A stretch of DNA of 64,000 nucleotides from Octopus vulgaris (lineage: Eukaryota). How positions within the stretch are numbered: the first letter of the stretch is position 1; every line of letters starts with the position of its first letter. Where the stretch lies: the NCBI GenBank assembly GCA_951406725.2, contig OX597821.1:64356001-64420000 (forward strand), read 5' to 3'. Below the pieces are notes generated by a model. That model was not told where the DNA came from, did not search any database, and saw nothing but the letters and a program-made list of their open reading frames with translations. Positions 37,828 to 57,149 of the stretch are shown here, one piece after another. The translations under genes and the position numbers were made by a program.

Positions 37828-38408
37828 GAGAATTTAATGGTGATAAAGCTCCAATATATAGTAACATTTTTTTTTCGCTCGTATATGAGCTAAAGAGGAA
37901 TAAAATTTGGCATAAGATAACAATTTCAGATAATTGTCTTAAGCATTCAGACGAGCAAATTCGTAATTCAGATGTATGACATGAGATATTATTCCATTCA
38001 AATAACCACAGATGATAAAAATATAGAAATATAAGAATATAACAAAAAATATAAGGAGTACCATAAAAGTAGAAAATATAGATAGAATAGATTAAAGGAG
38101 GCGATTGGAAGGATCAGTCCAAAACTACGGCCGTTTCAGTAAAATTTTAATGTGCTGTAGGAAATAATCAAAATGCAACTCCCTGCATAAAAACATTTTC
38201 TTCCCCGGGGTCCCTTTCTCGTGGCAAAATCTAGTAAAGCACAACATAGTGAAATTTCAGTTGGTCGTTGAGTATCGAATGGATGGATAAGAGCAAAAAA
38301 TATAAATGACGAAATAAACCCGGACAGACCAAAATATAAGAATATAATCATTTCTATAGAAGGATTAAGTAAGAAATTAAAAGGGTTTTATACATACATA
38401 CATACGTA

Positions 38409-40130
<1,722 letters not shown>

Positions 40131-40277
40131 ATAATATGTGACAATTATTCGATAGTTTGGGATGTCGGAGTTTATCATGGCTACTGTATAATTGTCACAT
40201 ATATTTATAGATAAATTCCTCTATTTACATAATATCGAGGTCTCTTTCATTCTTTTGTTCTCTTGCCATTTCTATAA

Positions 40278-40315
<38 letters not shown>

Positions 40316-40316
40316 A

Positions 40317-40670
40317 TTCTCTTTTACTTGTTTCAGTTATTTGACTGCGGCCATGCTGGAGCACCGCCTTTAGTCGAGCAAATCGACCCCAGGACTTATT
40401 CTCTGTAAGCCTTGTACTTATTCTATCGGTCTCTTTTGCCGAACCGCTAAGTTACGGGGACGTAAATACACCAGCCTCGGTTGTCAAGTGATGTTGGGGA
40501 GACAAACACAGACACACAAACGCACACACACACACATATATACGACGGACCTCTTTCAGTTTCCGTCTACGAAATCCACTCACAAGGCTCTGGTCGGCCC
40601 GAGGCTATAATAGAAGACACTTGACCAAGGTGCCACGCAGTAGGACTGAACCTGGAGCCATGGTTGGTAA
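40317..40670 (-). mobile_element. SINE A (5'-truncated), followed by an old A head fragment to ~40840
   Basis: Homologous to the other A copies. Confidence 0.88.
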
Positions 40671-41499
40671 GGAATATATATATATATATATGATGGAGCT
40701 TCCATAGTCTTATAAACTACCAAATTCTCAAATCCGTCATAAGCTTTTTGTAGGCTTAGGGCTTTAGTAGAAGATACTTGCTGAAATTGACACGGTGAAC
40801 CCAAAACTGCATGGCTGAAAAGCAAACTTCTTTTTAGCACACTGGTATCCTCTTAACTGAACGTAATTTGTGCTGAAATATATTTTGTACATTTGTGTTA
40901 TGTGCCTACTGAGTCATTCGTCTTTTCAACTCGGAACTGATGCGAAATAAAAAATTTCACCGCACCGAAACTTGTACATGAAGAACATGGAATGTCAGTA
41001 CAGCTCTTAGTTCACTGCTCTAGGAAATCTCTGATTTCTTTGCATTACAATGAAAGTATAGATATTCAGTTGGTATCCAGAAATCCCTGACCAGTTGATT
41101 TATACTGAACGGTGCTTGAATATCGTGAGATGTAATCGGGTTTTAAACGAATCCAGTGTTACGGTTACAACACTGACCTAGCGATAATTTATCTGTTTTG
41201 GCCGTTTATGATTAGAGATATATTATAGTGATTGGAGTACTGCAAGGTTTTAATTTTAGGAGGAAAATGTAGTAGAAGAGAAATACAATCAAATAAGACA
41301 TGAATGCTTCTTGAGGGGAGAAAAATCTTTTTTAAATCCTTAAAGAAGAAGGCTAAGTAGTAGTTCACTGAGTATATTCTAAGAAAGATTATAATAAACA
41401 TGGGTGATGGTAAGTGTCTGAAATATTGATTTAAAAGAGACAGAAATATATTGAGATGATACAGAATAAGATTGGAATCTATATCTGTATACGACTATG

Positions 41500-45155
<3,656 letters not shown>

Positions 45156-45269
45156 TATTGGTTTAATACTTGCGTGAATCCTGAGCTATTATTGGAAAGG
45201 ACAGTCAACTATATTGATTCCAAAACTCGACTGGTACCGTCTATATATATGTAGTAGGGAATTAGTAAT

Positions 45270-46365
45270 AATGGCAGATCCTGGCACGTGACCAATGGAA
45301 TTACATAGTCACTATAAGTAAAGAGAAGTACGTGAGATATCGGAGTGCGTAGCAGGCGGTGAGAGATATTTGTATCAGTTGGAGTTTGAAATTGCTGTTA
45401 CTCTTATTGCTGAATTGTTTATTTTCATCCCATTGTGGAAAGGATGGAGAAAGTGCCAGCAGATGGACGCAGTTACGCGGCAGCAACTGGTAAAGGATTA
45501 GAAGTTGAAGCTTTGGAGTTGCGTGAAGTAAAAGCTGAGCCGAAGAAGATGAAAGAATGTGAGAAATTATTGAAAAAGGAGCAAAAGACGTTGGAATTGA
45601 CGCCGCCTGAAGAAATCAGAAGAAGTGTAAGCAAAAGAACGGTCATTTTTAAGACACTGAGGTTATCAACAAGGAAGATCGAAATAGCAACGATTGAGGC
45701 TATTGAAGGAAATCAAGAAACTGACCACGTTTATCACACGTGGAAGGAGGTATGGCGCTGTATAGTTGCGTTTCGAGATGGAGGACGAAGCGATTAAGCA
45801 CTCCGCGGAAGCCATAAGAACGTACTGTGGCAAGCGTGTTGCTAGGGTGAGAGTTGGCAAATTACCCCCACATATAAAGGAAACATAGCTGATGGCAGCC
45901 ATAATGTTTAACATAGAGGAGGATGACAAGATACATAAGGCAATGAGAACCAAAAGGTTGAATTGGTCCGCCAGGAGTTACGGTGGAATTTGATGAATTG
46001 CCACCAGTGGTAGATTTGAAAGATCTTGAACGTTTTATGAGATACTAAAAAGGAAAAGAAAAGAAAGTAAAATTGTTTTATGTAAGAAACAGAAGGAAAA
46101 AAATAAGTAAAATTGTTTCATTTGGAAAAAAGAGAAAAAAATGATGATAAAGGAAAAAACAAAATAAAAATGAACGATTACAAACTGTGCATTTAAACGT
46201 TCAAATGGTACAGCATGAGAGTGGGGCTCATGCAACCATTTCATTTGCATTATTATATAACATCTTCATTTTCATTCGTTTTATGTCTTTTGTCCCCACT
46301 GTGGTGTTCTGTCTGTCCTTGTGCTGCCCCCGCTGTGTAATGGCCTTAATGCTAAATAAAGAAAG
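45270..46365 (+). mobile_element. Decayed ORF1-only (HAL1-like) Tx1/L1-type element
   Basis: GRSYAAATGK..RSVSKRTVIFKTL..YCGKRVARVRVGKLPPHI, then directly a hairpin (46203-46241) and tail TGTCTGTCCTTGT..AATAAAGAAA. No ORF2 recognised. Confidence 0.5.
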
Positions 46366-46459
46366 AGTACGTAGAAGTCGGTTAGAGATAGTCGTGTTAT
46401 AATGGTTTTACTAAGTATATTGTATACGGAAGTAGAGGGTTATAAAAATCCAATATTTA

Positions 46460-46780
46460 AGGATTATAAAGCTATGAGAATTTAAAGAACTCACGAGGAA
46501 TTAATAAACTCTACGAGGAATTAGCTATTCACGAGAAGTTAGAAAACTCACAAAGTTTTATGCGAATTTTACGAGATAAGCAATCGTAAAAATTATGGAA
46601 AATTTGATGGCCGGTTTGTTCGAGTTGCAAAAACAGCAACAACAACTGAAAGAACAACAACTGCAACAACAGTTACTATTACGGTAACAAATGCGGCAGT
46701 TAATGAAGTCGTCAGAAAATTCAGAAACCCGCTCTCGCCAGACGATGTCGCAAGAATACTTTTTCTTGTAAACAGTTACA
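46460..46780 (+). mobile_element. Possible LTR-retrotransposon leader and gag N-terminus remnant
   Basis: Repeated ACGAG(G)AA leader, then MENLMAGLFELQKQQQQLKEQQLQQQ. Confidence 0.3.
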
Positions 46781-47315
46781 ACCTTTCGTCTCAATAAACC
46801 ACTATTGTCCCCGAAAGTTTTTTTAATATTTACTGCGGATTGCTAACTTTCTTCCTAAACCTCGTTCCCTGGATCTTAGTGGCTGGGGAGTTCACATGTG
46901 ATAATAATACCACAGTTTTAAAATTTGTATTGAGCAGTGTATCATGTTCATAGGGCAGTGCTGCACTAGCTTTCATGTTCCCCAGTTGCAAATTAGTATA
47001 AGACGAGTGGTAGTGCACTTTTCACGTTTAGTAGTGTAAAATAATGATGAGAGGACAATAATTCTTGAAATATGCACATACACCAATTACCTATTCGATC
47101 GCATTGTTTATACCGGCGAATTTGTTTGCGAAACGTCGTAAGTTACAATACAATCTCTGAATTCTATGGAAAATCTGTAGGGATAACCTTAAAATAAAAT
47201 CAAAATTCTGGTACGCACAGTAAGACGCAGCAATGACTTATAAATCTATGATATATTTAATAGTGTATTATAGTAGCAAAACGAAATACTGCTACCTTGC
47301 CAGTAAGTAAATTTA

Positions 47316-47355
<40 letters not shown>

Positions 47356-48766
47356 CTTAGGTATATTTCGACCAAAGATTGGTCCAGGCCATGTCTAACT
47401 TAATAGCACCACCTGATTATATATATATATATATCTTTCTCTTTCTTTCTCTTTGTATACTTTCTCATATGTATATGTATACTAAATAGACATGTACATA
47501 TGCATATATATATATATATTCTTACATACACTTTTATACACAAACACTGGTTCACATATATATTCCACAATAAAACTAGAAGATTTAATAGAACGAAAGA
47601 ATGTCAGAATCTGTATTCCTTCATGCAAACAAGGTTATTACTACAGAGAACAGGACTCAAATCATCTTTGGTTCAATCTGCCTAAATGACCATAAATTTT
47701 CCTATTACTATCCACCAACATTTCCCAACCGAACACACATATCAGAAACTTTTCTATGAGAAAATCACGAAGTTTACCTAAAACTAAAAATAATTCTGTC
47801 AAGGAAGTCAATATCTAAATATTTATAAATTTAGAGACGATATCCGATAACTTTTAATTTTGGCAGTGCATTGCCTTATGGATTACAGCATTTGATCATT
47901 GCACTACAGAATGGGGAAAATCGATATAAACTACTTTTAGAGCTCCAAGCAGGGCTTTCTGAGTCTGGTACACACAATAGAATCGGTTTCTGATATATAA
48001 GCACAGGAAGAACGCAATATCTTTAGCTAAATGTATTTGTTATCTAAAGATGGAAAATATAGATATGATATGAGCAATACTAGGCAGCAAATGACGGATA
48101 TGATACTGCAACATAAATCCTTTGTGCTGTTACAACATAAATTGCTTTATAATTATCTTTACTTGAGAGGCGAAATGAAGTAAAATATTGTTGCAAGCAC
48201 CATCATATATTTATGTTCAAAACATGGTTCAAATAATACATAAGATGAACGTCTAAGGATTTAATAACAGTGCAGATACCAACAGACACCGAAGGCCGCT
48301 CTGGAGAAGTCATACAAATTTTGACAATCAACGAACTCACCACTGAAATACAAGTCTAATAGCACCTCAGTAGAACAATACCTAGTGACATCATTAACTT
48401 CAAAAAAACAAGACTGAACAATTAACTGGGTGAACGCTAGGGAAATGATAATAAATAGTGCTAAGAGAAAAGACACACCTACATAAGGAGACACTTACAG
48501 AAACAATGTGAGACAATGGACCGACTAATGAGAAAAAATTATGAACAAATTTACTAAATTTGACTGCATGGGTAATTAGCTGTAACATATAATAGAAAAT
48601 ATTTAGCGACACCAGATATTTAGATCTGTAAAGCAGTTATAATAAATGACTCTTTACTTGCCAATGATGTCATTGTGATGAAATTGCTTCAGTCCCACTC
48701 GACGATTCCACAGCAGATGGCGTCCCTGATAAGAAGAAATACAAAACATCAGTATATAGGTATGAC

Positions 48767-48801
<35 letters not shown>

Positions 48802-48820
48802 TGTATGTATGTATGTATGT

Positions 48821-49370
48821 TAGGTCACTTTCGAGTGCTACTGGTAACATGTAACCCAGTACTACCTATTGCATGGTCGGGTCGTCGGCGACTAAACCGG
48901 CAACCCCACCAAGCTCGCTTGGTGAGGAGGGTGTTTATTGGTCACCCTGCGGGATGAAAAACAAAAACGTCAAAGGGCGGAGGAACTCTTGAGAGTCAAC
49001 GGCCATCCAATAAATATCTTAAAGCTGTATCATGCGCGGGGACATAGAAATGATCGGATTGAATACCCGATCGCGCAGTTAAACCATTGGGAGTGAAGGA
49101 CTCCTAGCCTTTGTAAGGGCATCCTTCTAGGAGAAGGCAACTCAGGTAATTAGGAGAACTCCGACATAAAATCTGCGGCTCAGTGGTTACCGATGATGTT
49201 GACTTGTTCTTCTTTTCGGATTATGGCTGCTGTTGCTTAGTGAGTGGGATTGACTCAGTGCACAGCCTTTCCTCACTTAAAAAAATATCTTCTTGCACAG
49301 GCATTGCACGATAACAACATTGATTAAGCTTCGTGCAATGGCCATACTCGATAACGAGGGGGCAGCCACC
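48821..49370 (+). mobile_element. Non-coding, highly structured RTE-derived non-autonomous retroelement within (TATG)n
   Basis: RTE-5'UTR-like CTAGGAGAAGGCAACTC and GGCAACCCCACC, RTE-like 3' CTCGATAACGAG..GCCACC-(ATGT)n, and several hairpins. Confidence 0.55.
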
Positions 49371-49609
49371 ATGTATGTATGTATGTATGTATGTATGTAT
49401 GTATGTATGTATGTATGTATGTATGTATGTACGTATGTATGTATGTATGCATGTATGTATAACAGGTGTGATATACATATCTGTGCGTATATGCATGCGC
49501 ACACGCACATATACGTATAATTTATATATAATATAACTGTATATATACACAAAAACGTCCATGTAGGCTTGTATGTTTACACACACACACACACACACAA
49601 ACACACATA

Positions 49610-49695
<86 letters not shown>

Positions 49696-49714
49696 TGGGT
49701 ATGCACATAACTGT

Positions 49715-49860
49715 GAAACAGGGTGGGAAAAAGTAGTACTCAAATACCGGAGGTAGAATAATATGCTTTATTATTAAAGCTGCAAAAACAAAGCAAAAAT
49801 CAGTTACTGAAAGTTCACCTTCCTGTTCGTCGGACAGCTTTGGTTGAGAAACTATCTTAC
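49715..49860 (-). mobile_element. Penelope-like pLTR remnant with degenerate hammerhead
   Basis: Reverse complement CTGT-CCGACGA-ACAGGAAGGT-GAA-CTTTCAG-TA-ACTG (49801-49838); the core is damaged. Confidence 0.4.
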
Positions 49861-50563
49861 GAACGGAACGCAGACCTTTTTCTTGATCCCACTTAAAAAT
49901 CAGTATTTTCCAACCGATTTCGTTCACGCCAGGAACATACATCTTTTATGTTCTAGAGATGGTCATAGACTCTTCAAATTTTCCACGTAATGAGTAATGT
50001 TGCCCCTAGGGGACGGAATGCCTCATAGGTCAATAAATACCAACGATCATTGTTTCAAGGAACATTTCTCTTGATGATGTAGTTATGCTACTTTCATTTT
50101 GTCTTCTACTACGGTTTTACAATGCTCATTCACTGCAAACCACCGATATTTGCACAATAGCACTTCCTTCAGGTAGCCATGCAATTTAAATCAACTTATA
50201 ATTATTTTTTAAATGCTTTCAGTAATTAATCTATATCATATATATTCTCTGCTTTTTCTCATACAAACTTGTGACAGTTATACAGTTTTTATCATGCCCG
50301 TTCAGTACAAACTGCCGATATTTGCTCGTTAGCTCTTCCCTGAGGTAGTCATGCAATTTAAATCAACTTTTAATTATTTATTAAATGCCTTAAGACAATG
50401 TTTACCCAGAATGCCCCAATGTCATACGTCTCAACCCTTGCTAAGGCCACTGTGCTAATTTTCTGGAACCATTCAACAAACAATAGCACAACAAGCATCA
50501 TCCAGGCATTCGACTTAATCCCCACCTCCTCCCATCTACCTTCACTTTGCAGATAACCCTGCA

Positions 50564-50974
50564 ATGTCACCTAGAAGAAAGAAAGCTTGCATTGGTACAC
50601 TGTCCAACGCTGTCGTCAAAGCCAGAAGGTATCGGGATAACGAAACTCAAGACCAGAGGTCCCACAGACTCTCCTAGCAAGCTGCCCACGCTGCTGCTGC
50701 TCGTACAGTACACGCACCAGCAACATCTGCAACCGTTAAGGTGTCAAAGTCTGAAGCAGAGCTTGTGGCCCTTCAAGCTTGTCATACTACAACTGTTGCT
50801 GCCCCCAGGACTACCGAGTAACCTAAATAACGGATTATCCCATTGGTGCGTCTTGCCAAAAATGCTTCAGATACAAGGGCTACAGAATCACTTCAACAAC
50901 GGGCTATCTCGTTGGCGCGTCTTGACAAAAATGCGTCAGCTGAAATGTCTGAAGACAGGCCGAAGGAAGCGTAA
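50564..50974 (+). pseudogene. Helitron RepHel-like N-terminus with STPR 23-aa repeats, stop-interrupted
   Basis: MSPRRKKACIG..RRYRDNETQDQRSHRL*..RTTE*PK*RIIPLVRLAKNASDT/RATESLQQRAISLARLDKNASAE. Splice acceptor ctttgcAG at 50552. Confidence 0.55.
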
Positions 50975-51602
50975 TATTGAAATAACTGCTGCTGCAAGGG
51001 CTTCACAGCGTACTCTGACATTTATTTTTCTACATACCATTATTCTGTTTGTGTGTTAGCTATAACTGTTTGCTTTTGTTTATCATACATAACTTTCATT
51101 GAAAAAAGCTTAAATGCGTTTGTGTCAGGCATTACAAGAAAAATAATTACATGATACAAAATGCTTCAGGTAAGATATAGGATCCCTAATGCCTATTGCA
51201 ATTGCGATCTCATTTCATGGACTTTCATTTACTACTAACTGCCAAATTTGTGCTTTAAAAAGATTCATTTATTACCTAGATTGCTTAATACTATACAACA
51301 AACTGCTAACGAAATTGTTAATTATATATTTTAACTTTATCAACTTGAAACACCAGATACACTCTTTCGCCATAGCCACAAGTGTGATGAAAATATTTCT
51401 TCCTTCCCGTGTGAAGGAAGGAGGCGTGACGATATTGACGATAGACTTGGCTGATAAACAGATCCGAATAGAATGATACTGTCACATTTACTTTGTCGAA
51501 CCAATTCTATATTTCTGCAGTGACTTATAGAACAGATCACATTTAAATGCAAAGAAGCAGAAAAAAAAAAGAAACATAAAAAAGGAAGTGGAAGAAAAAA
51601 AG

Positions 51603-51840
51603 CAGGCGTGGCTGTGTTGTACGAAGCTTGCTTCTCAACCACATGATTCCGGGTTCAATCTCACTGCATAGAACATTGGACATCTGTTTTCTGCTATAAC
51701 CTCGGGCTAACCAAAGCCTTGTGAGTGAATAGAATAAGTACCAGGCTTAACAAAAGAATAAGTACTGGGGTTTATTAAAGTGATGCCCAAGTATGGCCGC
51801 TGTCTAAAGACTGAAACAAATAAAAGATAAAAGATGAAAG
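51603..51840 (+). mobile_element. SINE A lacking the central microsatellite module
   Basis: The head through CCTTGTGAGTG is joined directly to ATAGAATAAGTAC and the tail. Confidence 0.75.
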
Positions 51841-52150
51841 AAGATGGCGGAGGAGGGTTCGATGGACCACACGGCCCCTGAAAAAATGATGTGCTCGAAG
51901 GCGTCCTGCAGTAATGATTGCGATGACGGTGCCGCGTAACTCTGTCAAAATTATTGGTGTTTATTCGATGTTGATTTGTGCCAGAGTATACGGACACCAG
52001 GGAAAAGAGAGCTAAAATATGAATTTTTTAAAGATGCTTGGTTTTTCAGAAATGGAACTGGGTAAGGTCTATTGCAATGAGAAAAGGGCCGTTCGAATAT
52101 GCATTTCAAAATGTTTTTATCTGGCTTCCTAGAGCGACAATAATTTCGCT

Positions 52151-52212
<62 letters not shown>

Positions 52213-55200
52213 CATGCAATATTGAAACAGCGCGAGAATGTGTAGCACACATAAAATAGCAAAGAATGTATTTCCATATAATATAATCAAGTAAAAAGGT
52301 TAAAAAAAAACATATCTAAAAAGTGGTACCCCAGCATGGCCGCAGTCCTTTTACTAAAATCTGTAAAATAACAAAAAATGATTATGTTGCAGCAGAAGTT
52401 TAACCAATTTAAACTCTATCTGGTAATAATTTTATGTTTATATATTTTCTCTGTTCCGATGCGGATTAAACGATTTTTGGAAGTTCTGTTAATATGATCC
52501 TTCTTTATAGGCTATAAACAAGATAGTACGCATATTTGATGTTAGAGATGATTTTGTATTCTCTTTATTTTGTTTTTGGAAAAACATTACTGAATTTTAT
52601 GAAAAAAAAAACGCATTGATAATTTATCATTTCTTGGGGATTCCATTTATTTATGTCATAAAAATTTGTTTTATTGAACTAGGTAGGTGTTCAATCCCAC
52701 ACTCCACTCCTTTCTGTGTATTCTATGTGACATTTATTTGATCCCTCCCTACCCTCACCTCCAATTTCTGTATATACACATGCGTGAAAGTGGGTGTATG
52801 TACATATATATATAGATATATATATATATATATATATCTATATATAAATATATACGTATGTATGTATATATATACATTCATATATATGTATACATTGTCT
52901 ACATACACACTTATACTTGCATACATATCTATGCACATATATATATATATATACATGGATATATATGTATATAAATGTGTATATATATATATATATATAT
53001 AGTTATGTGAGTATGCATGTGTGCATACACACACGTGGCATAAATATCTGCCTACCGCCTGTCTAAATATATACCGTGTGTATGCATGTGTGTGTGTATT
53101 TTGCTTTGATAATAAAGATGAATCTGGGAAATATTCGTCAATGGTGACAAAAAATTGGTCATACCGCTGTCAATAACAGAGCAAATGTCAGTATATGGAT
53201 TAGAAATTTTCTACATAAGTACGCTAGATAAAATTTGAAAATTCAACAAATAGCGGGCAAGAAATGGCAGGAATGCTATTTCTTTTTACTGAAGATGACC
53301 AATACTGGGATCCCGTGAGGAGAAATCTCATAATAGCCGGACCTTATAATAGCAAATTGCAGCAGGTAAAGTTTCGGGCAAGCAATTAGAGGCAAACGCT
53401 GAGGATTACAGTTGAAAGAATTACGTTGTGGTACGAAAATTATCATTCTTATACTGTTGCTTACACAAAAATTCCACAAAAATTCCACAAAAATTAAAAG
53501 TATGAGGTATTGGAGTATTTGTCATATAGTTCTGATATTGATTCTTTTGAGTGTCGCTTGTTTTCTCCATTCAAAGAATTGATAATTTGGCGCTGATTTT
53601 GTTGCGAAGCAAGGATTGAGAGATTGTTACAAACTTGGTTCATGAACCAGTAGAAAGCGCCATTTATTATGCATTTGTTCAGCTGAGGACGTTTCACATG
53701 GTACTTTCGCATATATTAGCAAGTATACAGAGGTGACAAAGCTATAAAATGAAAATGCATTTTCAGAAATACACTATAAATAAACCTGTTCTCAAAATTC
53801 TGCTAATCTAGATCATTTGGCGTCATTTATCGATTTTAGAAGGATAAAATGTGAATTTGACGTTTGTATGATTGTAAATAAAAGCACAAAATGCCTGAAT
53901 AAAAAAAATAGCACAAAGGAATCTGTAAGACACTATAGATTCTGTATGACTTTTCTTTTTGCTCTTTAATTTATGGTGCCCTGATAAAACTATCAATCGT
54001 AGTTTCATTTTGGTCTTTTTCTAAGAGCTTTTCCAACGACCGAGAGTAGTTTTAGATCTTCTGCTGCAATATTTGTTTTGCCAGTTCCTTTGCAATGACA
54101 CATTTAATTCCAGTTTGCTGCAACACACACTAACACGTCCGTTTATCTGTGTTACTAATTCTTAGCAATCAGCCATATAATTCCGAACTTGAAATCTCTA
54201 TTTTTACTCATAGATTTTTTATAAGTGTCCAGCAATCTCATTTATACGTTGCTGCAGGAAATATCAAAGTGCAACAATTTCGAATTGGTTTTTCTTATTA
54301 ATAGGTTTTTTTCCATATAGGATTTAAAGAGATAACATCAGATTCTGATCTTGCAAATTTTTTTTCTTATTTTTTTGCTCTCATCGCGTTTATTTGCAAT
54401 AATACTTTGAGTCAAGCAAAATCCATTCACCTGCTCTTTGACACTTTCAGTATCATCTTTATATATAAAAATGTACGTATGTTGTAGGCCATCATTTTGC
54501 AGCCAGATGGTCGAAAGTTTGTAAAATGGCGAATATTTTCAAGGCTTTGTAACATCCTCTGATACTCCCTATAATCCAAGGATAGCCGGTTATTGTTTTG
54601 CTAATTTATTAGAACATTAACATGTATTCCTGATATATTTAGCTTTGTCAAAATTAACGAATAAATTATATTCTTCGTCATTTTTTCTTTCGCATTCAAA
54701 ACACTCATAATCGAACATAAACCCCGATTTCTCTAAGTTACCATAAGAACAGTGTCATAACCATATCTGAAATAGGTGACCACTCCTAATCTGAAATTAA
54801 CTGAAATTTCGAAAACTTATACAGCTTCATTCACTGCTTTTGATATAGCTGTGGAACAGAAAACTCATCTTAAGATTACACAAATTTCATACCCCTGCTA
54901 AACTTCAAACCACTCAGTGACACCCATCTTTGCTTTCAGAGTTGCAGTGCGCTGAGAATAAAGTGGCTTTAATAACTCTGTGAAATGCAGAGGAAATCCT
55001 GTTTCTGCTACCACTAACTATAATGTGCCACGAATAAATGTGTCGGAAGCGTTTTCATTGTCAATAAAAGAAGAAAACAGTTACGTATGATGTTCTCTAT
55101 TATTTTGAATAACTATCTTTAGTTTAGGAATGGCATAGCTTGTTCTTTTTCCATTTGGAAAACTACTTTTTTTTTTAGTTATCTTTATTTGATATTTGAT

Positions 55201-56474
55201 TTTATTATTATCGGTAATGCTCGTATGTATGATTTTACTACCACGATTTATCAGTAGTTAGTCCTATCCGTTTTTTTTTCACATTGCATTATGTCTTCTT
55301 TTTATCTGACAATAAGATGAAAATTCTCTAAATTATAACTGGTTTCCCCTGTATGAAGCTTTGAGACAGCTATGTTCTGAAAAGGCAAATGACCCGCTAT
55401 CTTTTTATCTCTCATTAAAAATCATCAACGCATTTGGATCAATAATGTTGTGGGAAGTAAGTCTACGCAGAGGTGGTAGCAGTTAGAATGGCAAGTGCTA
55501 TGCAGGAGAAGGAAAATCTCGTACCCTTCAGATCGCTATACATAACTTGCCATTACTTAGACATGTTCTGAATGCTACTAGGATCTCTTTAGTTATTGCC
55601 AAGTATGGAGGCATAGCATGATCACACTCACTCGTGAAATCAAGCTCAGAATATATTACATTTCTTAGGTGTAGATGACAATACATTTAAGAGAAGGTTA
55701 CTTTAATATTTAACTGCCAGAACAGTGATTATCAAAATACGTAGCAGAAGATGCGAGATTCATGTGATAACAGCGGGAAATCACTACACTTTGCCGGGAG
55801 CCGCTGTATCAGAAAATATGAGACCCTACAGTCACATAATCGAATACGCTTGATTGATAAAGAAAGCTGGATAGAGTGCTGTATGGTAAAGAGAAGAGGT
55901 ACCGTGGGCTCTAACACCCATTTCAAATATTGGGAATGAAGTTGACACTATAAATAGAGAATTAAGGTCGTTATTTTTTGTCTATTCTGAGATAAAAGTT
56001 GGCAATTTGAAGGTAAAATGCTTGTGATAGGGTGATAAAATACTTCTGTATGCAATGAAATAGACAAATATGAAATATTCTAGTTGGACTTTTAGAAATA
56101 AAATTTACAGATGTTTATTTCAAATCAATGACAAAAAGCCAATTTTGCAGAAAGTGACTGTTGTTCAACGTGAGAAGTTAACGTTATCTTGAATAGGATT
56201 ACTACTAAGCTCTTGATTGGATATAAACCAGCAAATGTCGAGATTATAAAGACCAGGGACAAAAACTAAGAGAAGATCAGGAAAAAGAGGAGAAAAAGAC
56301 CAGAAAAAAGACCAGGAAAAGACCCGGAAAACCATTTAAATTTATGGCCATGCTGTTTTCTGCTCCAAAAACAATCGCCAAAAATATTGCTTGTATCGAT
56401 TATAATTGATCCCCTCATTCTGATTAGTGCTCTAAATGGTAAAGTGAGAAAATTATTATAAAAATCAATAGCCG

Positions 56475-56637
56475 TGCAGGAGTGGCTGTGTGGTAAGTAG
56501 CTTGCTTACTAACCACATGGTTCCGGGTTCAGTTCCACTGCGTGGCACCTTGGGCAAGGCAAGTGTCTTCTACTATAGGCTCAGGCCGACCAAAGCCTTG
56601 TGAGGGGAATTGTGAGACGGAAGCTAAAAGAAGCCCG

Positions 56638-56697
<60 letters not shown>

Positions 56698-56910
56698 ATG
56701 TTTGTGTGCCTGTGTTTGTCTCCCCAACATCGATGTTTGTCCCCCTACCGATGGTGGTGTGTTTACATCTCCGTAACTTAGCGGTTCGGCAAAAGAGACC
56801 GATAGAATAAGTACTAGGCTTACAAAGAAAAAGTTCTGGAGTGGATTTGCTCGACTAAAAGGCGGTGCTCCAGCATGGTCACAGTCAAATGGCTGAAACA
56901 AGTAAAAGAG
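56475..56910 (+). mobile_element. SINE A, full length
   Basis: Homologous to the other A copies. Confidence 0.9.
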
Positions 56911-57149
56911 TTGCGGGCAATTTCTGGATAAACTTTACGAATTGAACACTGGTATATGAGAAACGTTGATTTTCTAGTAAGCGGCTTGACCACCATTATA
57001 AATGGCTCTGCGCTTTGTTAAGCAGCTTTCAGATCGAAAACTACTTAACTAAATAGACGACATTATAATCCAACAGCGATGGAACAGCAGTGTAAAAGGT
57101 AAATTGTATCCACGCCCTGACTGGAACGGTGACAATCGATTTAATGCTG

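Noticed and set aside
50547-51059. 170-aa ORF as a real gene
   Set aside because: The protein-like signal (STPR periodicity) is in a different, stop-interrupted frame.
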